Origin: Octopus sinensis
Lineage: Eukaryota
Assembly: GCF_006345805.1 (NCBI RefSeq)
Contig: NC_043012.1
Coordinates: forward strand, 18,290,001-18,354,000
DNA length: 64,000 nucleotides
Direction: 5' to 3'
Shown here: one piece after another, positions 26,446 to 42,864 of the stretch
Position numbering within the stretch: position 1 is the first letter of the stretch
How the letters are laid out: every line of letters starts with the position of its first letter
Notes under the pieces: generated by a model
The model's input: the letters and a program-made list of their open reading frames with translations, nothing else
What the model was told of the DNA's origin: nothing
Databases searched by the model: none
Made by a program: the position numbers and the translations under genes

Positions 26446-29026
26446 TCGATAAAGAAAACAATAAAGCAGCACCCATCTAACCTATCTAACCATCCTCGGA
26501 CACATTGCTTAAATATCCACTATATCTAGTAGTGTGTAGTTATTGGATATACCAATTTACATATTAAACGCATTCCTGGGAGCCTCTACGTAAATACTAA
26601 TGGCTTGCAGCTATGCAATATATCGTTATGCTATATTATAGTATAGTATATTAAATGTGATAGCAAAATTCTCGATAGCATACTTTACAGTATACTATGT
26701 TTACATAACGAAATACCAAGGACCTACAAGTCATTAATGCTTAATCGAAAATGCTGACTACAAGCATTTCGTACGTTTTTATGTTCTGAGTTCCAGCTTC
26801 ACCGAGATCAACTTTGCATTTCATCCTCTCAGGGTTGATTAAGTAATTACCAGTTAAGCACTGGGATCGATTAAATTGATTGACCCTCTTCAATATTTCA
26901 AGGCTCGTGCTTATACGTGTTCATCTATTTGTACTCTGTCTGTGATAAAATGAAAATATATTTGGGAAAACGGTGCAAGTTTTTCAGTTCCGTATGTGAT
27001 GTCTGACAGGAAATCTAATTTTAAAAAGAGTGACATATTTTCCAGAAGACATATTTTTTTTCTCAAATATTTATATTTTTACAAAGTTTCTATTCAGTTG
27101 TACGTATTGTGCTCTCTCCATGCAACATTAATTTTAAAGCTAGAATATATCCACTATTAATATCAAAGATGTAACCAATTTTTCGATTGATACATCCGTT
27201 CACCAACTCAACGGGTTTGAGCTTGATAATCTTTTGTAACGGTATCAACAGTTAATACACTTGGTGATGTCAATATAGAAGTTTATATGGTATCCTAAAA
27301 GCAACAAAACACTGCATCTAAATATTCTTCTTCGATCGTACGCTATCTTCTGTATCCACCAAGTGAAACCTGATATTATCTACAATATAAATACACGAAG
27401 GTAAAAAAAGGTTACTACTATTTCCTGTATACGAGAGAAATATTTCAACACAATACATCTTTTTATATACAACGCTCACCATGATATATTTTATTCAAAT
27501 AATAGTCACGAAAACTACATTTATAAGGAAACCATTACTGTGCTCTCAGTTCTAAATAAAACGCAAACTATCCTATTGAGAGTACTCGGTAGGTGCTCTT
27601 CTGTAATCGTAACTCTTTGCATCCATGTTCCTGATTTGTCACTCATGTATTCATATTTTTTTCTGTAAATACTGCTCCAAATAATTAATTCTTCCTTATA
27701 TTTAGCTGCTGTGATGTAGAAACTCTTGAAATACACTAACCGCTATATTCTATGGATCCATCCTGCGGATATAAATAACGTACAAACACTAAATATGGAA
27801 TTCGTATGCATGCCTCTTTGATATGATGCAACACGACTTGCATTACACAATTTCATCGCGTGTTTATACGCCGTTCACAAATTAGTCAACATTTTACAAA
27901 ACGCATGCAATTGCATATGAAATAAATTTTAAAATTTATTCTATAGAATTAATATAATATTATTTTCACTGTCAATATCAATTTTATATTGTAGTTAAAA
28001 AATGATTGATTGCTAGATACCGGAGAACTTGTGCTGATAACTTGAATAAAAATAACTTGAATAAAAATAAAACATAATTTATTATCAGCAAAACGTAAAA
28101 TATCTCATATCCGTTAAGGGAATTAGTTTGGAGCAGAGATCAAAAACCTATTATATTAACTAACTTTAGTTGTCGTAATCAATGTATTATCATCGTCAGT
28201 ATCAACTTTTTTTTCAAAATTAACTCCGGTTAATACAGAACCCCATACAACTGACGTAGAAAGAAAATGTGGCTGAAAACGAGATTATTTTGTTTCTTTT
28301 ATAGTTCATGAAATTAATCCCTATCTCTGACGATTAACTCGCTCTTTCCAACGAAACGCTATTCTTCAATAACGATATCATCGTTATATGCAGTCCGTTC
28401 GTTTTAATGTTATTTGTCTTTCTAATTATGAAATATTCCGCTCCGAGCTTCATTTGCTTTACGATGTGATACTTCCTGAGCTCCTCCCTGCTTCACGAGA
28501 TATCTCATAATTCAATGGATGCTTGCGTTATCAGAAAGTCTTTGTTTGAAGAGATTATGGTTTGCACAAATTAATCTCGAGTACTGTATCCGTTCGGAAC
28601 CTAAAACCTAAATATTATCATTTTCACATATTTGCAAGATTCCATCAAACGCCCGCTTTTCCACACTGCCTTCCATAATAATCGTTAATTAAAAGAAAAT
28701 GGTCTAAATTCAACCGCGCGAGTTTTACGTCTCCCTATTCAATAACTTACAAATTTATTGCATTTTTTGCACATTCAATTTAAGGGGAACTGCACGGGTT
28801 TGATTCAGCTCTACCAAAATTGTGGACGGCTTCCATTGCTGTGGTGTAATGAGAAATAAACCTAACAAAACATGTGACATATCAGTCCATGTTATGAAAA
28901 AGACTTAATGCAATTGTAACCTTAATTTAATAACTACATTAATTAATACTGTGGAGAAGAATTAAGACGTGCCGACGTTCTTTAATAAAATACAATACAC
29001 ATTCCTATATTTATCACTCATTGATA

Positions 29027-29236
29027 CAAGAGTGTTCTGAAAAACTCCTGGCTTTAAAGTTCTCGCGAAAGGCCTGGTTTGATGCCCAAACTTCGTTTAC
29101 AAAGCTTTGAAAAACTAAAGGACCGTTGCGATAAGTGTGTGAATGTGAGAGGGGAATATGTTGAATAAAATCAAAATTAACTGATCCTCCTGTAATTTCT
29201 TTTACCCAAAGCCAGGACCTTTTCAGCACATGCTCA
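29027..29236 (+). mobile_element. Internally deleted mariner (MITE-like, 210 bp)
   Basis: TIRs caagagtgttctgaaaaactcctggcttt and aaagccaggaccttttcagcacatgctca, flanked by TA. The interior encodes the mariner C-terminus DRCDKCVNVRGEYVE*. Confidence 0.85.
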
Positions 29237-29921
29237 TATATTCATTTAAGTGAGATCAATATTTTTTCCAAAGAGAAATAATACATTTTTGTTAGGCGGC
29301 AAGAGAGAGTTCCAAAGCCATCAATCTTCTGTAAAGGGAATACCCCAATCTACTTTTAGTTAATTTTAGTTTTCTATGGCCATCCTTAAGTGGTCTCACA
29401 TAAGGAATAAGAGCCTTCAAACAATGATTACCTAATATTATTTAATCAATAACTACATTATTCAGTGTTTCTTTCTATTTAATTTTTAAGTAGGAAGATG
29501 GTATTTAAGAAAACGAAAACCTGCTATTTCTACCTGGTCTTGCACGCTTAGCGATCTAACCTCATTGTATTCTTCCACTGTGAACATATGTAGGATATTT
29601 ATTAATTGTTGTCATCGGTGTTTTTGCAGATGATATTGTTCTCAATACCTTGTAGGTTAAGCAGAATTATTGGTATTTTACATTTAGGTAATATGTAGAA
29701 GACACATATTTTAACATGCATCATATATTATAGAAAACCAACTCATCCTTAAACATTCGCAAATAACAATCACCTGGGGGAAGGCACGTCCAATTATCCA
29801 TAAGCCACAAATAATCTAGTTATTACGTAAACGTCAAAGAGATGAGTTGGAGAACTCATTCTAAATAGTGGCAATGAAATAATAATTCTCCCTTTGAACA
29901 AAAGCCGGCAAGATCTCTCTG

Positions 29922-29963
<42 letters not shown>

Positions 29964-30336
29964 GAAGGCAAACAGCTGATATTCAAATAAAATTATCATC
30001 ATCTCGGTAACATACGGTGAATTGAAACGTGGGTTAATTTAAACTGCGTATGCAAACAATATTAAGGCTATTAAATGATTTCGGCAAAAGCATATCAGTT
30101 TTTGCATTTAAGCGTCTCTCCACTAGCAAAAACAAATTCTCCACATCTTCACACATGTTTTTTTTTCCCTACTACGGATGCTTTACTGAGAAGGTAGAGC
30201 CCGTTGGACAGAGAAAGATATAATAATCTTCAAGAGGTATTTCTAAGGAACATGCTCCGAGATATTTCTTCGAATATTACACAAAAATACATAATTTTCT
30301 AATGGTGAACATAAACAGCTTCAACATTTGAATATC

Positions 30337-30384
<48 letters not shown>

Positions 30385-31292
30385 TGTGTATATATATAAA
30401 TACAAACACACACGTGTATATATGTATATATATATATATATATATGTATAGTTCTAATTGATATCGTATATTTGTTGTCCAAAATGAGATATAAAGGATA
30501 TTTATTAAGACGAATATTGATATTTCCCCCTGAAGCCTGATATCCTTATACAAGAAATTGTTATGCACAGGAAATATTATATATGCAGTTTTCCCGGAAA
30601 TATAATTTTTCGCTTTAGAACGCGCTGAGCCAGAGAAAGAAAACAGCACATCATTTAAAATCAGATCAAGTTTATTGTGGTTTTGGTTTATTTTGGTTTT
30701 CGGCTGAAGACCTGCTTGATCGTATTATTTTTTCAACCATCATGAATTTTAACTTTTTTGTTTTCAATGGACAAATTCGACTGAATATTTTTTTAAAAAA
30801 ATTGTTTTACGTTGCTTTCCATTATTGCCTTTCTTATTATATAGAGTCAAATTTCATCACATTTTCTTTTTACTGTGTTTGTTCAGCTTTGAGCAAAATA
30901 GTTGGATTTATATATGGAGAGTAAATAATAGTACACTTCAAGACAAACAAGCAAACTTTCAAAGTTTACAGCGAAAGTTTATTTATATCTCACATTCCCG
31001 CATATGTGGTGAATTAGCACGTACATATAACTGCTTCTCTTTTTTTTTTTTAAATATGCATTACTTTAATACATGTAATGATACAGATTGTATAAGATAA
31101 TGTTTTGCTTAGTAACGCATGAGTAAACGTTGTGATTTGGCATGATTTTCTATTGTATTCTGTTGATAGTTTGAAGCTGGTGACATTGTCAGAGATTAAT
31201 GGACATAGAAAGAAAGGTTCAAAATTACACACACACATGCACACACACAAACACTCACACACATGTATGCATATATATACTCACGCTATGTG

Positions 31293-31362
<70 letters not shown>

Positions 31363-31383
31363 TCTGTGTGGTTGTAAATGTAG

Positions 31384-31438
<55 letters not shown>

Positions 31439-31847
31439 ATAATATATATATATGCATCAGTGACTGTATGTGTATATATATATAATATTACATGCACATA
31501 GGAATGCATGGATATATTATGGTATTACAATGCGTTTGGCATTACATTAGACATATTCGAAACTGAAATATCTTTGTGGAATCTCGAAAATACGAATAAA
31601 AATATGTGCCTTTTAATATACATGTAGATAATGTATAATTATACCTGTACGCTCATACACACATTTACACAAATTCCAACATATATACTTATGCATGTAG
31701 ATACATACATGCATATATATACATGCATATATATATATGAAGCATACATATAGATCTATGCATATATGTAGATACACATATACACATACATACATATATA
31801 TGTGTGTGTATATGTATATATATATATTTCTATAGCATATGTATATA

Positions 31848-31881
<34 letters not shown>

Positions 31882-31963
31882 TATATACACATATACACAC
31901 ACACTCATATATATATACATATATATTTATATATGCATTAATATATGCACATATACACACACG

Positions 31964-32019
<56 letters not shown>

Positions 32020-32099
32020 CCTTAAATCCTTAAATCGTTAAAAATGTTTTAGCCGCGGCCTTCGGGCTACAACATTTGTAAGGATTTAAGGATTTAAGG
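32020..32099. mobile_element. 80-bp foldback mini-element (MITE-like) inside (TA)n
   Basis: Termini ccttaaatccttaaatcgtta and taaggatttaaggatttaagg are inverted. The interior pairs aaatgtt/aacattt and tagcc/ggcta. Confidence 0.7.
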
Positions 32100-32105
32100 A
32101 TATAT

Positions 32106-32200
<95 letters not shown>

Positions 32201-33208
32201 TATATATATATATAAATATGATAGGATGCAGAAATTAGCACTGGATATACATCTCTAACATGTATATTAATGCGAGACATTTATCAAATATATGAAAGCA
32301 AGATAAAGCAATAAGTATCATTTTATTTCATAAAATTAATATACCAGCTGACTACGTTAATACAAATGAAAAACATAAAGAGCGCCATCTTGAATTCGAC
32401 AGCGATTTCCCCCTGTAAATGATTGACAATATTTTTCGAATTCTGTTTGATTTAAATGGAATTGAAATGACTCCATTGAGATTTAGTAGAAGATTTTCAA
32501 TGTATATGTAGATGAGTCAGCCCTTTTGATGAAGTGTCACTTTATTTTCCTTCGTATTTTAAAGTTTTCTTCCATATACAAGAACTAAGAAACTGGGGAA
32601 TATGAAACAATTTTCAATCGGTCATCAACAGACATATCCATACACATACAGTGACACAAATGTATAAAAGGTACTTGCAGTGATATATGTAGGTATAACT
32701 ATATGTGTGCATATAAGTATATGTACACACACGCACACATACATACATGTATACGTACACATATATAGGCATACCAACAGGTATACGCACACATATATAG
32801 GTAAACGAACATATATCAATGTAAACCTGAATGCGCATTAGAGGAACAATGATACATACATACATCCTTACAGATATAGGCACATATATTCTCGCACACG
32901 CACATATGTATATATATATAACATGCATATACATAAATATATAAATATATGTACATATAAGTATGTATATATTTATATAACTATATATATATATATACAC
33001 ACGCATATATAGATATAGACAGATATATACATGTCTATATACATACACACATACATATATATATACATATATACTGGCATATACATATATATATATATAT
33101 ATATATAATATATATATATTACATGTGAAAATATACATGCATACATAAATATATATATATACTCTTTATATATACATATATATAGACATACATATATGTA
33201 TATATATA

Positions 33209-33263
<55 letters not shown>

Positions 33264-33298
33264 AATCTGTACATATATGTATCCATATATATATATAT

Positions 33299-33349
<51 letters not shown>

Positions 33350-33617
33350 CTTACATATATATATGCATATATATATATGTGTAATTTATGAATGTACGTA
33401 TATTTTCAAATGTAATTTCGATTGCGATTACATATTTTTGCTCTGCCACACAGAAATACATAGTATTTGATATCATATATAATATAGCTAGTTGTGATTG
33501 TAAACTCATTGTTGATTTATTGAGATATATTACACCATTTTGCTCCACGTTCTGTTCAGACGTTCCCTTAAAAATACTCCTTGAAACAATGAAATAAAAT
33601 CAGGCCTGGACAATGTG

Positions 33618-33690
<73 letters not shown>

Positions 33691-33721
33691 TATATATATA
33701 TAAACAAATATATATATATAT

Positions 33722-33754
<33 letters not shown>

Positions 33755-33809
33755 AATAGATAGATAGACAAACACATATGTATATATATATATGTATATA
33801 CGCATGTAC

Positions 33810-33849
<40 letters not shown>

Positions 33850-34248
33850 AATATATATAATAAATATATATAGATAGATAGATATACTTATGCATATATA
33901 CATACATACACACACACATATATATATATATATGTAAATATATATATATATACGACTGATTTTTTCCCAATGAATTCAAGGACAGTATAGAATAAAAATT
34001 ATTCCCTTTCGCGTCTTTAGAATATGCAAGTGTGTGGATTCAGGAGTTGAACGTAGGGGAACAGTCTCTGTTTGCATTTCCTTCAAGTCGACTTGTATTT
34101 ATCTTTCTGTCACACTACTTGTAAATTGGAATCTGTAATAAGAATTCCTGTCTGTATGTACCTTAAAAAATTATATATAAATTATACATACATAGTCACA
34201 CATGAACACAGATATATATGCATTCCTATATATATATGTATATACACA

Positions 34249-34288
<40 letters not shown>

Positions 34289-34439
34289 ATATTAACATAT
34301 ATAACTATATATGCATATATATATATACACATATATACACACACATACGCATACACACATACACACACAGACATATATATATATATATATATATACATAT
34401 ACACACACACACAGACATACACACATACATACACACACA

Positions 34440-34487
<48 letters not shown>

Positions 34488-34526
34488 CATATACAGATAG
34501 ATAGATATACATACATATGCATATAT

Positions 34527-34563
<37 letters not shown>

Positions 34564-35141
34564 CATATGCGTGATATCTTTGAGTGTGAGCGTGTGTGTT
34601 TCTCTATATGTATTTGCACAAATACATATGTAGAAATATTATACGTATAAAAACGGCCTCAAAGAGATATACACCCGCAGGCATCTCGAAATACATATCT
34701 ATATTTCCGAACTAGCCATGTATGTCATACTTGCTGATATATACATGGACACTTTATTTCACATGTGTCTGCCTTTTCTCCCAAATTTCAAGGATTAAAG
34801 TTTTGTATGTTATTTACTATGCTATATATGTGTGTGTGTTACTTGTGTATGTATGTACGTATGTTTATACATCCATATATATATATACATACACACAATC
34901 TCACACGACTCAGACACACACAGACGCACACTCACACATACATATATATATGCACGCATGCACTCAGGCACATATATAAATATTTATAAGTTGATATGTA
35001 TATGCACGCTTATGCATTTTCACATGGGTGTATGAGATGTATAAATGTCTATATATACGTATATGTGTGTGCATGTGTGTGTGATTTTGTATGTGACCCT
35101 GTGTTTGTTTAAGATTGTGTGAAGGATGTATATATGTATAC

Positions 35142-35206
<65 letters not shown>

Positions 35207-35227
35207 GATATATATATATATATCTAT

Positions 35228-35274
<47 letters not shown>

Positions 35275-35379
35275 CTGTATCTTTTAGGTCAAATAGAAAC
35301 GACTTCTGTTTGGAAATGTGTGTGCGTATGGACAACAATAACTGTATATGCATTGACAGATACATATATACTAACACAC

Positions 35380-35410
<31 letters not shown>

Positions 35411-35421
35411 ATATATATATA

Positions 35422-35455
<34 letters not shown>

Positions 35456-37358
35456 TATTTACAAATAGGTATATGTTTACATATATATTCATATATATAT
35501 ACACACACACACACACATATATATATACATGTATATATATATATATATATACATATACATAATCAAATATCCATATATCACATCACCACACATTCACAAT
35601 GTATATATATATATATATATCTATATATATATATAATATATATATATAAATTCGTATATATATATATATATATATATATAATTCGTATATATATATATAT
35701 ATTATATATATATATATATATATATTTATGTATATATTTACTCGTACAGAGGGAATATTTAAAGCTAAATATACATGAAATACAGAGGGGTTAGGCTTAT
35801 ACCTATTTATCAAATTTAATATAATCAACATACACATTTATGTGTGCATATGTTTATAAATAAATATATCTTCTTTTTTATCATTTAGAAATCCATGCGT
35901 TTTCATACAAGCATACAAACATACATTTCATTTTTTTTATTTTATCATTATTTTACAATGTCTGTCTCCCCTTTTCCCACTGTTAGCGCACTCACTATCG
36001 TGTTCACGCTATTCATATCAGCCATCGTCACAGTGTTACCATCATGATATATAACCCTTTCCTTTTTAAATAGTTTTCACAATATTTTGAAAGAAATTTT
36101 TTCACTCGTATTAGTTTCCGAACATACTGCTTCTGTGTCACAACTCTTACAGAAGCGCTGGTTATTTTTTTTTTCATACCGTTGCTTTTTTTTCATATAT
36201 AAATGAAGTAACTTTCAGCAGAAAACAACCAGTTAAAGTGCATGTATTGTTGGGAAGCTTTAGTATATGAACGGTTTCTTCTGGGGAAAGTGAAAATAAA
36301 ATTCAAATAAAACTAATCGTGTTTGTAATTTCCAATTTATAAATTAGAACCTGTCCCGGATGCATTTTGTTTTTTGTCATATCAAAGATATAGCATGGAA
36401 AAAAGTTTAGGTTCTTATTTAAATAGCCTTTTTTAGTTTTCTTTAAGTATGATTGGTAATCCGTTATTTATTGGTAACACATATACCAATTTTCATGATA
36501 TTGTTACTCCATATTTAGTCCTTCAGAGAACATTAAACAAATATTAATAGCAATTAATACACAACATATAAGCTCACTGTTCTGTATGTTTTACCGTACA
36601 CCATACATTAAACATTCAACAGTTAATATTTAAGTACGCGTAAAGATATTTGGACAAAGACGTTTTTATCGGAGTATTGCCAATTGGTTCCTTTCTTTCT
36701 TTCTTTCCTTTTCGATATTTGTTTCTTTTGGTCACTCGATTTTAGATACTTTTGAAAGCCAAACTAAAAAATATTTTCTTTCTTATACTGTTCAGTGTAA
36801 CGAGTTTGTTAGAATTTTATTTAAATGTTTGATCTGGGTTCGTGTTCAGTCAAGCTCATGCTAACACACAGTGTTAGCTCATAAATATACCATCGTTTTT
36901 TTTACTACATATAAAAGCGAGCTTTTTAACACACACACCCATGTCAAACGCGCAAACATTTATATTTAAGATACACCTTAACTGATATATTATATCAGAT
37001 AAGAGATCAGTTGTTTACTGCTAAATCTCACATAAAATGCCTAAGGTTTACAATGCAAACATTTAACCGTTAGAAGTTTTTTCTATCATTTTCTTTTAAA
37101 CAACATCCTCATATATTTATATATGTTTTATTTCACGTTAAGTGGAAAGGCACATCCCAGCATTAAATGAATCATTTCTTTGTATCAGTGTTAACATTTC
37201 TTTATTATTTAGCGTGGTCCTGAATATCCGTTGATATTGAAGATGTGATCTGATGGTTTCGGACATGGACATAATGGGAAGAGTGAGGCCACGATAGAGT
37301 AAGAGAATATATTCAGAGGAATTTAGCAATCCCCATTGTATATTTACATTTGATAACG

Positions 37359-37523
37359 TCACCTAGCCACGCAGCGTATCGTCATGGCGGCATGGAATTT
37401 ATTGATGTCCACGATGAATTTGGCTCCATCACAGCATATACGAGGTGTGTAATCATGTTCTTCTTCGCTAGTTCTTACATTTTTTCCTGCCTCATAACAG
37501 TTATGTCGAAAGAAAACTCTTGG
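37359..37523 (-). CDS. Candidate terminal coding exon of an unidentified host gene (54 aa, 4 Cys)
   Basis: Strong acceptor (T-rich tract ttttctattttcag), open phase-0 frame PRVFFRHNCYEAGKNVRTSEEEHDYTPRICCDGAKFIVDINKFHAAMTIRCVAR*, and AATAAA about 150 nt downstream (37201-37206). No homology recognised. Confidence 0.25.
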   Translation of the reverse strand, partial: PRVFFRHNCYEAGKNVRTSEEEHDYTPRICCDGAKFIVDINKFHAAMTIRCVAR

Positions 37524-38274
37524 CTGAAAATAGAAAAAAAAAAATATTTATTATAATGTAAAATATACATATATGTGTATACATTTTATTGTTCCTTTTA
37601 CACTTAAAATTAAAACAAGAGAACTGTTTACAAGAATCCTATGGCCAAAATTTTCTGAAAGTAGTTCTTAAAGTAGTTCTTCAATAACATTCATTTAGAA
37701 ACAAAGAAGAATACAAAAACCTAAAATGAACAAAAACAATAATGAAATTTACTTCTGTTTGGATAAGAGAAATTCAATTAAGGATAATGAATTGTTGTTA
37801 TCAACACAGTAAATAAACATTCAGAACTGGAAACTATTTGCCGTATCTCATGAACACCAAAGACTTTTTACGAAGCTTCAAATAGATGAGGATAAATTGC
37901 GCTACATTTTCCATCATCACTCTTAAAAAGCATAATAACAATGATGTATAGGCAAAATACCTAAAACTACATGTGTAATATATAGTACGAATATCTCACA
38001 TAAACGTAATTGAATTTATAGAAGAAATATTAGAAAGGGAATTGTAGAGTAAAACATATAAATGCACACTAAAAAAATAATTTTTTGATATATTAGGAAG
38101 AATGATAAGAGAGGCAAAAGTAATTAAAAAAAACTTGAGATAAATATATAAAAAGTTGTGCAATAATACTGTTTGCAAAAAGATTTGCAAGAAGGCGTGT
38201 ATATCATCCAAACTTTACGCATGTTGTAAATCTCCTAATTACACATACGTCAGTAAGCCATGAAAAGTTGAGAT

Positions 38275-38308
<34 letters not shown>

Positions 38309-40656
38309 ATATATGTATATATACTTCAACGGAGAGTGCTCAGATTTTTCCTGTATATTTTCTCCTTATTTCGTTCTCATCTTGGGGTGAATTATTTTTA
38401 TGTGAAAATTACATTACGTTCATTTCACCGGACTGATAGCATCACAGTGTACATTTGTTAAAGTATTCTGATACCTCGCCAACCTATTTAACATGTCACT
38501 GTAAATAAATGTGCATTCGTATTTCAATACGGATTGGTACGCTTTGCATAAATAAAAAGGCAGCGCCGACTGGAATATTTTCTGCAAATGAAGAAGGCGT
38601 AACTGGAATTAAACGAACCAGATTTGAGTCTTTCAGTTTCTTTTCAAATGTCATCACATCACTTTACGAAACTCAAAAGCGCCAATCATTTTAAACATAT
38701 ATCAAGCTAAGTTTTATATTTTCTTAAGTACCAGGAATATATCAATAGTAAACTTTCCAATGATATTGTTGGAGAAATGGTTTCCAGATTCAAGCAAATA
38801 TTGATGAGGCATTGAAACGTCGGTGCTTAACTAATCCAAGAAATGTTAATGAGAAATTAGAAATATGTGTGTAACAACATTAAATGAAATTTTCTATTAC
38901 AGGAAAGGAATATAGATGCAGTATCTCAAAACGATGTCATAAACTTAGATGAAGGGTCGGCATATTGAGGAGATCAGTAATGAAACACAATGGAGCTATT
39001 GAGCCATAAAGTCTGGCTTTCGTTAATATTAGAACGTTATTATACGGTGAGATGTCAATCAGAAGGTCATACGTTTATGTCATTTTATACGCAATCATAG
39101 TTTAATTGGTATTTTTATGACATTTGCCAGAGAAACTTATTTGTAAGTATTCTCTCTGAGCAAGAATTATACTTTGAAAGTATTCAATCATTATCAGTAA
39201 GCAGAAGCCTACGTGTGCTGTGCTGCATTCAATTATAACTATATTATATTTAGTGCATGTATAGTCAAGTTGATAATAATTTCACTTCGTAATTCTTTGA
39301 TTTCGGTTTCAATGAAGATGTTTGGTATCGTAAACATGTTTCTGGTATCATAGTTTCAGATCGACACAGAAATGATGGAAATAAGGTAGACAAAACTAAA
39401 AGTGCGTCGAAAGTTGACCCTTTTAGCAAAGAGCAATGATATAGGTCTAAATGCGGACGACTTAAATAGTCAACTGCCGTATAATAATAAGCCACACCTT
39501 TCTGTGTTAATGAATCGGTATCTCAGTTGGTCATGACACGAAAAACTGATGCAAGAAAGTAACAGGGAACCATCAGTTTTCCTAGGAAATATTTACAATA
39601 CATAAAATGATCATTTGATACGAGGTTAACAATAATTGACAACCTTCACATCGGAACCTTAACATACGCTTGATTTAAGAATACCAATATTTAAATTCAT
39701 CTGTAACACTATCATCTAAGTAATTTAAAAACTATGCAATTTAATGATCAACGTTAATTCATTTAAATTACTATAGAGACGCATACATTATAAGGAAGAG
39801 AGTGTCATAGGAAAATGTCATTCTAACTATTTTAAATACCTAACTCGTATTTTATAAGAATTATATTTGATAATTACTGATATTTTAAGTGCAATATTGA
39901 ATTTACTGACCTTATTTCCACTTCAGAGTCTTGCAATAAAATTCACTGACAAGCTGATCATATTTTAACAACAATAATTTCTGATTATTTGCTAATTTTC
40001 TCATTTATTTAGTTACATTTCGAAATCGCATAATTGAAATAACATTTGCAGTCAACTGCCTCAGAAATTTATTTGTACCTGTGAGTCATTAGAAATTTCC
40101 TGCTGACATTTAACGAACAACTAAATGTATTTTCCATTATTTTCTCAACTTCTCAATTTCCGTTCTTCACAGAGCAGTAGTTAAACCACGTAAAAGCAAA
40201 TTTCAATGGTAAAACGTTCATTGATTTCCCTGCCACATATATCTGCACATGTTTGTAACAATACTCTGAAATATAAATCCAATGTTGTGGACAGTAATCG
40301 TGATATAGCAGTTACAGCAAACATAGGGCTTTAATGACTTCATTAAAAGTCCTCTCTTCTATAAGCACAAATCCTAGCATTTTAGGAGAGGGGTTATACG
40401 ATTACATTGACCCCAATGGTCATCTGGTAATTACTTCATTACTCCCCTATAAATGATGTCAAAATGTAAAACTGGAACGAAGGTTTCTGACCATTTTGTT
40501 CCCAATGCCTTAGTTACTAATATAGTCATTTGAACTTGGTAAATGTCCGAAATAGATCTTATCCATAATGTAAAGATGAAAGGATAGAATACACTTAATT
40601 CAAAAGTTACGGCATTTTAGGATTTACGTGGACTTTTACTATATCGCATATCATCA

Positions 40657-41544
<888 letters not shown>

Positions 41545-41610
<66 letters not shown>

Positions 41611-41612
41611 AT
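41545..41612. repeat. (ATCT)n microsatellite, 3' flank of LINE copy 1
   Basis: Read directly. Confidence 0.95.
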
Positions 41613-41615
41613 CTC

Positions 41616-41994
41616 TCTCTATATAAACGGCAGTTTGTCTGTGCGTGTTTCTGTGTGTCTGTTTGCTTGTACCCTCACCCTAACCACGGCTTTCAACCGA
41701 TTCTGATGAAACTTGACACACCCATAGCCCAATGTCATAATTCAAAACTAACGCAGCGACAATTTTGAAAAGTTCCCCCAGTTCTGAAAAGAATCGATAA
41801 ATTCGACATGGGGTCGAGAATCAGAAACACAAACCGCAAACTGTCTAGGGGACGCAACTCCACCTTTTTTTACTCTCAAAAAAATTTACCATCATTTTTT
41901 TCCATTTTTTTGCTATTTTTTGGCTATAACCCTCCAAAAATGCTTTATAGTTATTTCCCTTACAAACCTGAGCAACGCCGGGCGATACTGCTAG
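41616..41994 (+). mobile_element. Non-autonomous Helitron
   Basis: 5' TC(T)ATATAAA start, GTCT/GTGT-type simple repeat, aaccgattctgatgaaacttg motif typical of non-autonomous Helitrons, 3' hairpin cctgagcaacgccggg, then CTAG (41991-41994) followed by T. Confidence 0.85.
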
Positions 41995-42011
41995 TATATA
42001 TATATATATAT

Positions 42012-42864
42012 CTGCGACATCTCAGGCTCTTCGTAGATGACGGTGAACAGGTGTGGTCGCCGTTTGTGAGGCACGCTTTCCCGCAGCTCATCTCCATGAC
42101 TGAACTGCAATCGTGGATCAAAAAGAGGCCAAGGAAGGGCGAATGGCACCGCGAGTGACGCATTGCTCTCAAGTAACTCTGCCGTCCTGGGTCAACCTTG
42201 AGTGACTCCATCACAACCAAAGCATTCTATAGGGGATTAGTGGAGGGGAGGTACGACGACGAGCTCAGGGCGAACCTAGACGTCGACGAGGAATACATGA
42301 CCCGCCTTTTCGGGACGACTTTCGGGCCAGGGCCCATGGACAACTTCCAGGGATCCCTGGCCTGGCAGTGCTACCGAGAAGCGCTACCTGTTCGGGATAA
42401 GCTCTACAGACACGGCTCGAGAAACACGGGACCGACCTGCCCAAGATGCGGTCAGAGCGATGAAACCGTTCTGCCCGCACTGGTGCAGTGTCCAACAATT
42501 TCCGACCTGTGGGCTTATGTCGAACAACTGCTGTCACGTGTGGGACGAATCGGTTTATCAGCTGAGTCTATCGTCAATATTGTCACGCCTCCTTCCTTCA
42601 AACGGGAAGGAAGAGTTATTTTCATCATCCTTGTGGCTATGGCGAAAGAATGTATCTGGTGGACGCGTCTGAAAGGATTGGAGACAAACACTTTCCTCTC
42701 TGGTCAATCTCTCATCAACTTCTTCAAGTACCACTTGAAAAGGAAAGTGAGAGTAGAGAGGCAAGTTTTGTCTAGCGAATGTTTTAAAAAAAGATGAGTG
42801 AATGTAGCAAGAATGGCACATATGAATGACGAAGCCACCTTGAGCATGATCCTATGAACCCAGA
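42012..42864 (+). mobile_element. L1/Tx1-clade LINE copy 2: truncated at both ends, defective
   Basis: Near-identical to 63134-63985; CCHC region CPRCGQSDETVLPALVQC; in-frame stops. It starts after (TA)nTC and ends 7 nt after the ORF2 stop position, before (TA)n(TCTG)n(TCTA)n. Confidence 0.92.

Noticed and set aside
28326-28362. ctgacga...cgaaac hammerhead-like boxes
   Set aside because: No convincing stems I-III.
31199-35837. Numerous YIYI/THTH/VCVC ORFs (also at 3.1, 7.4, 47.3, 54.4 and 60.6 kb)
   Set aside because: Stop-free frames of (TA)n/(CA)n/(TATG)n repeats.
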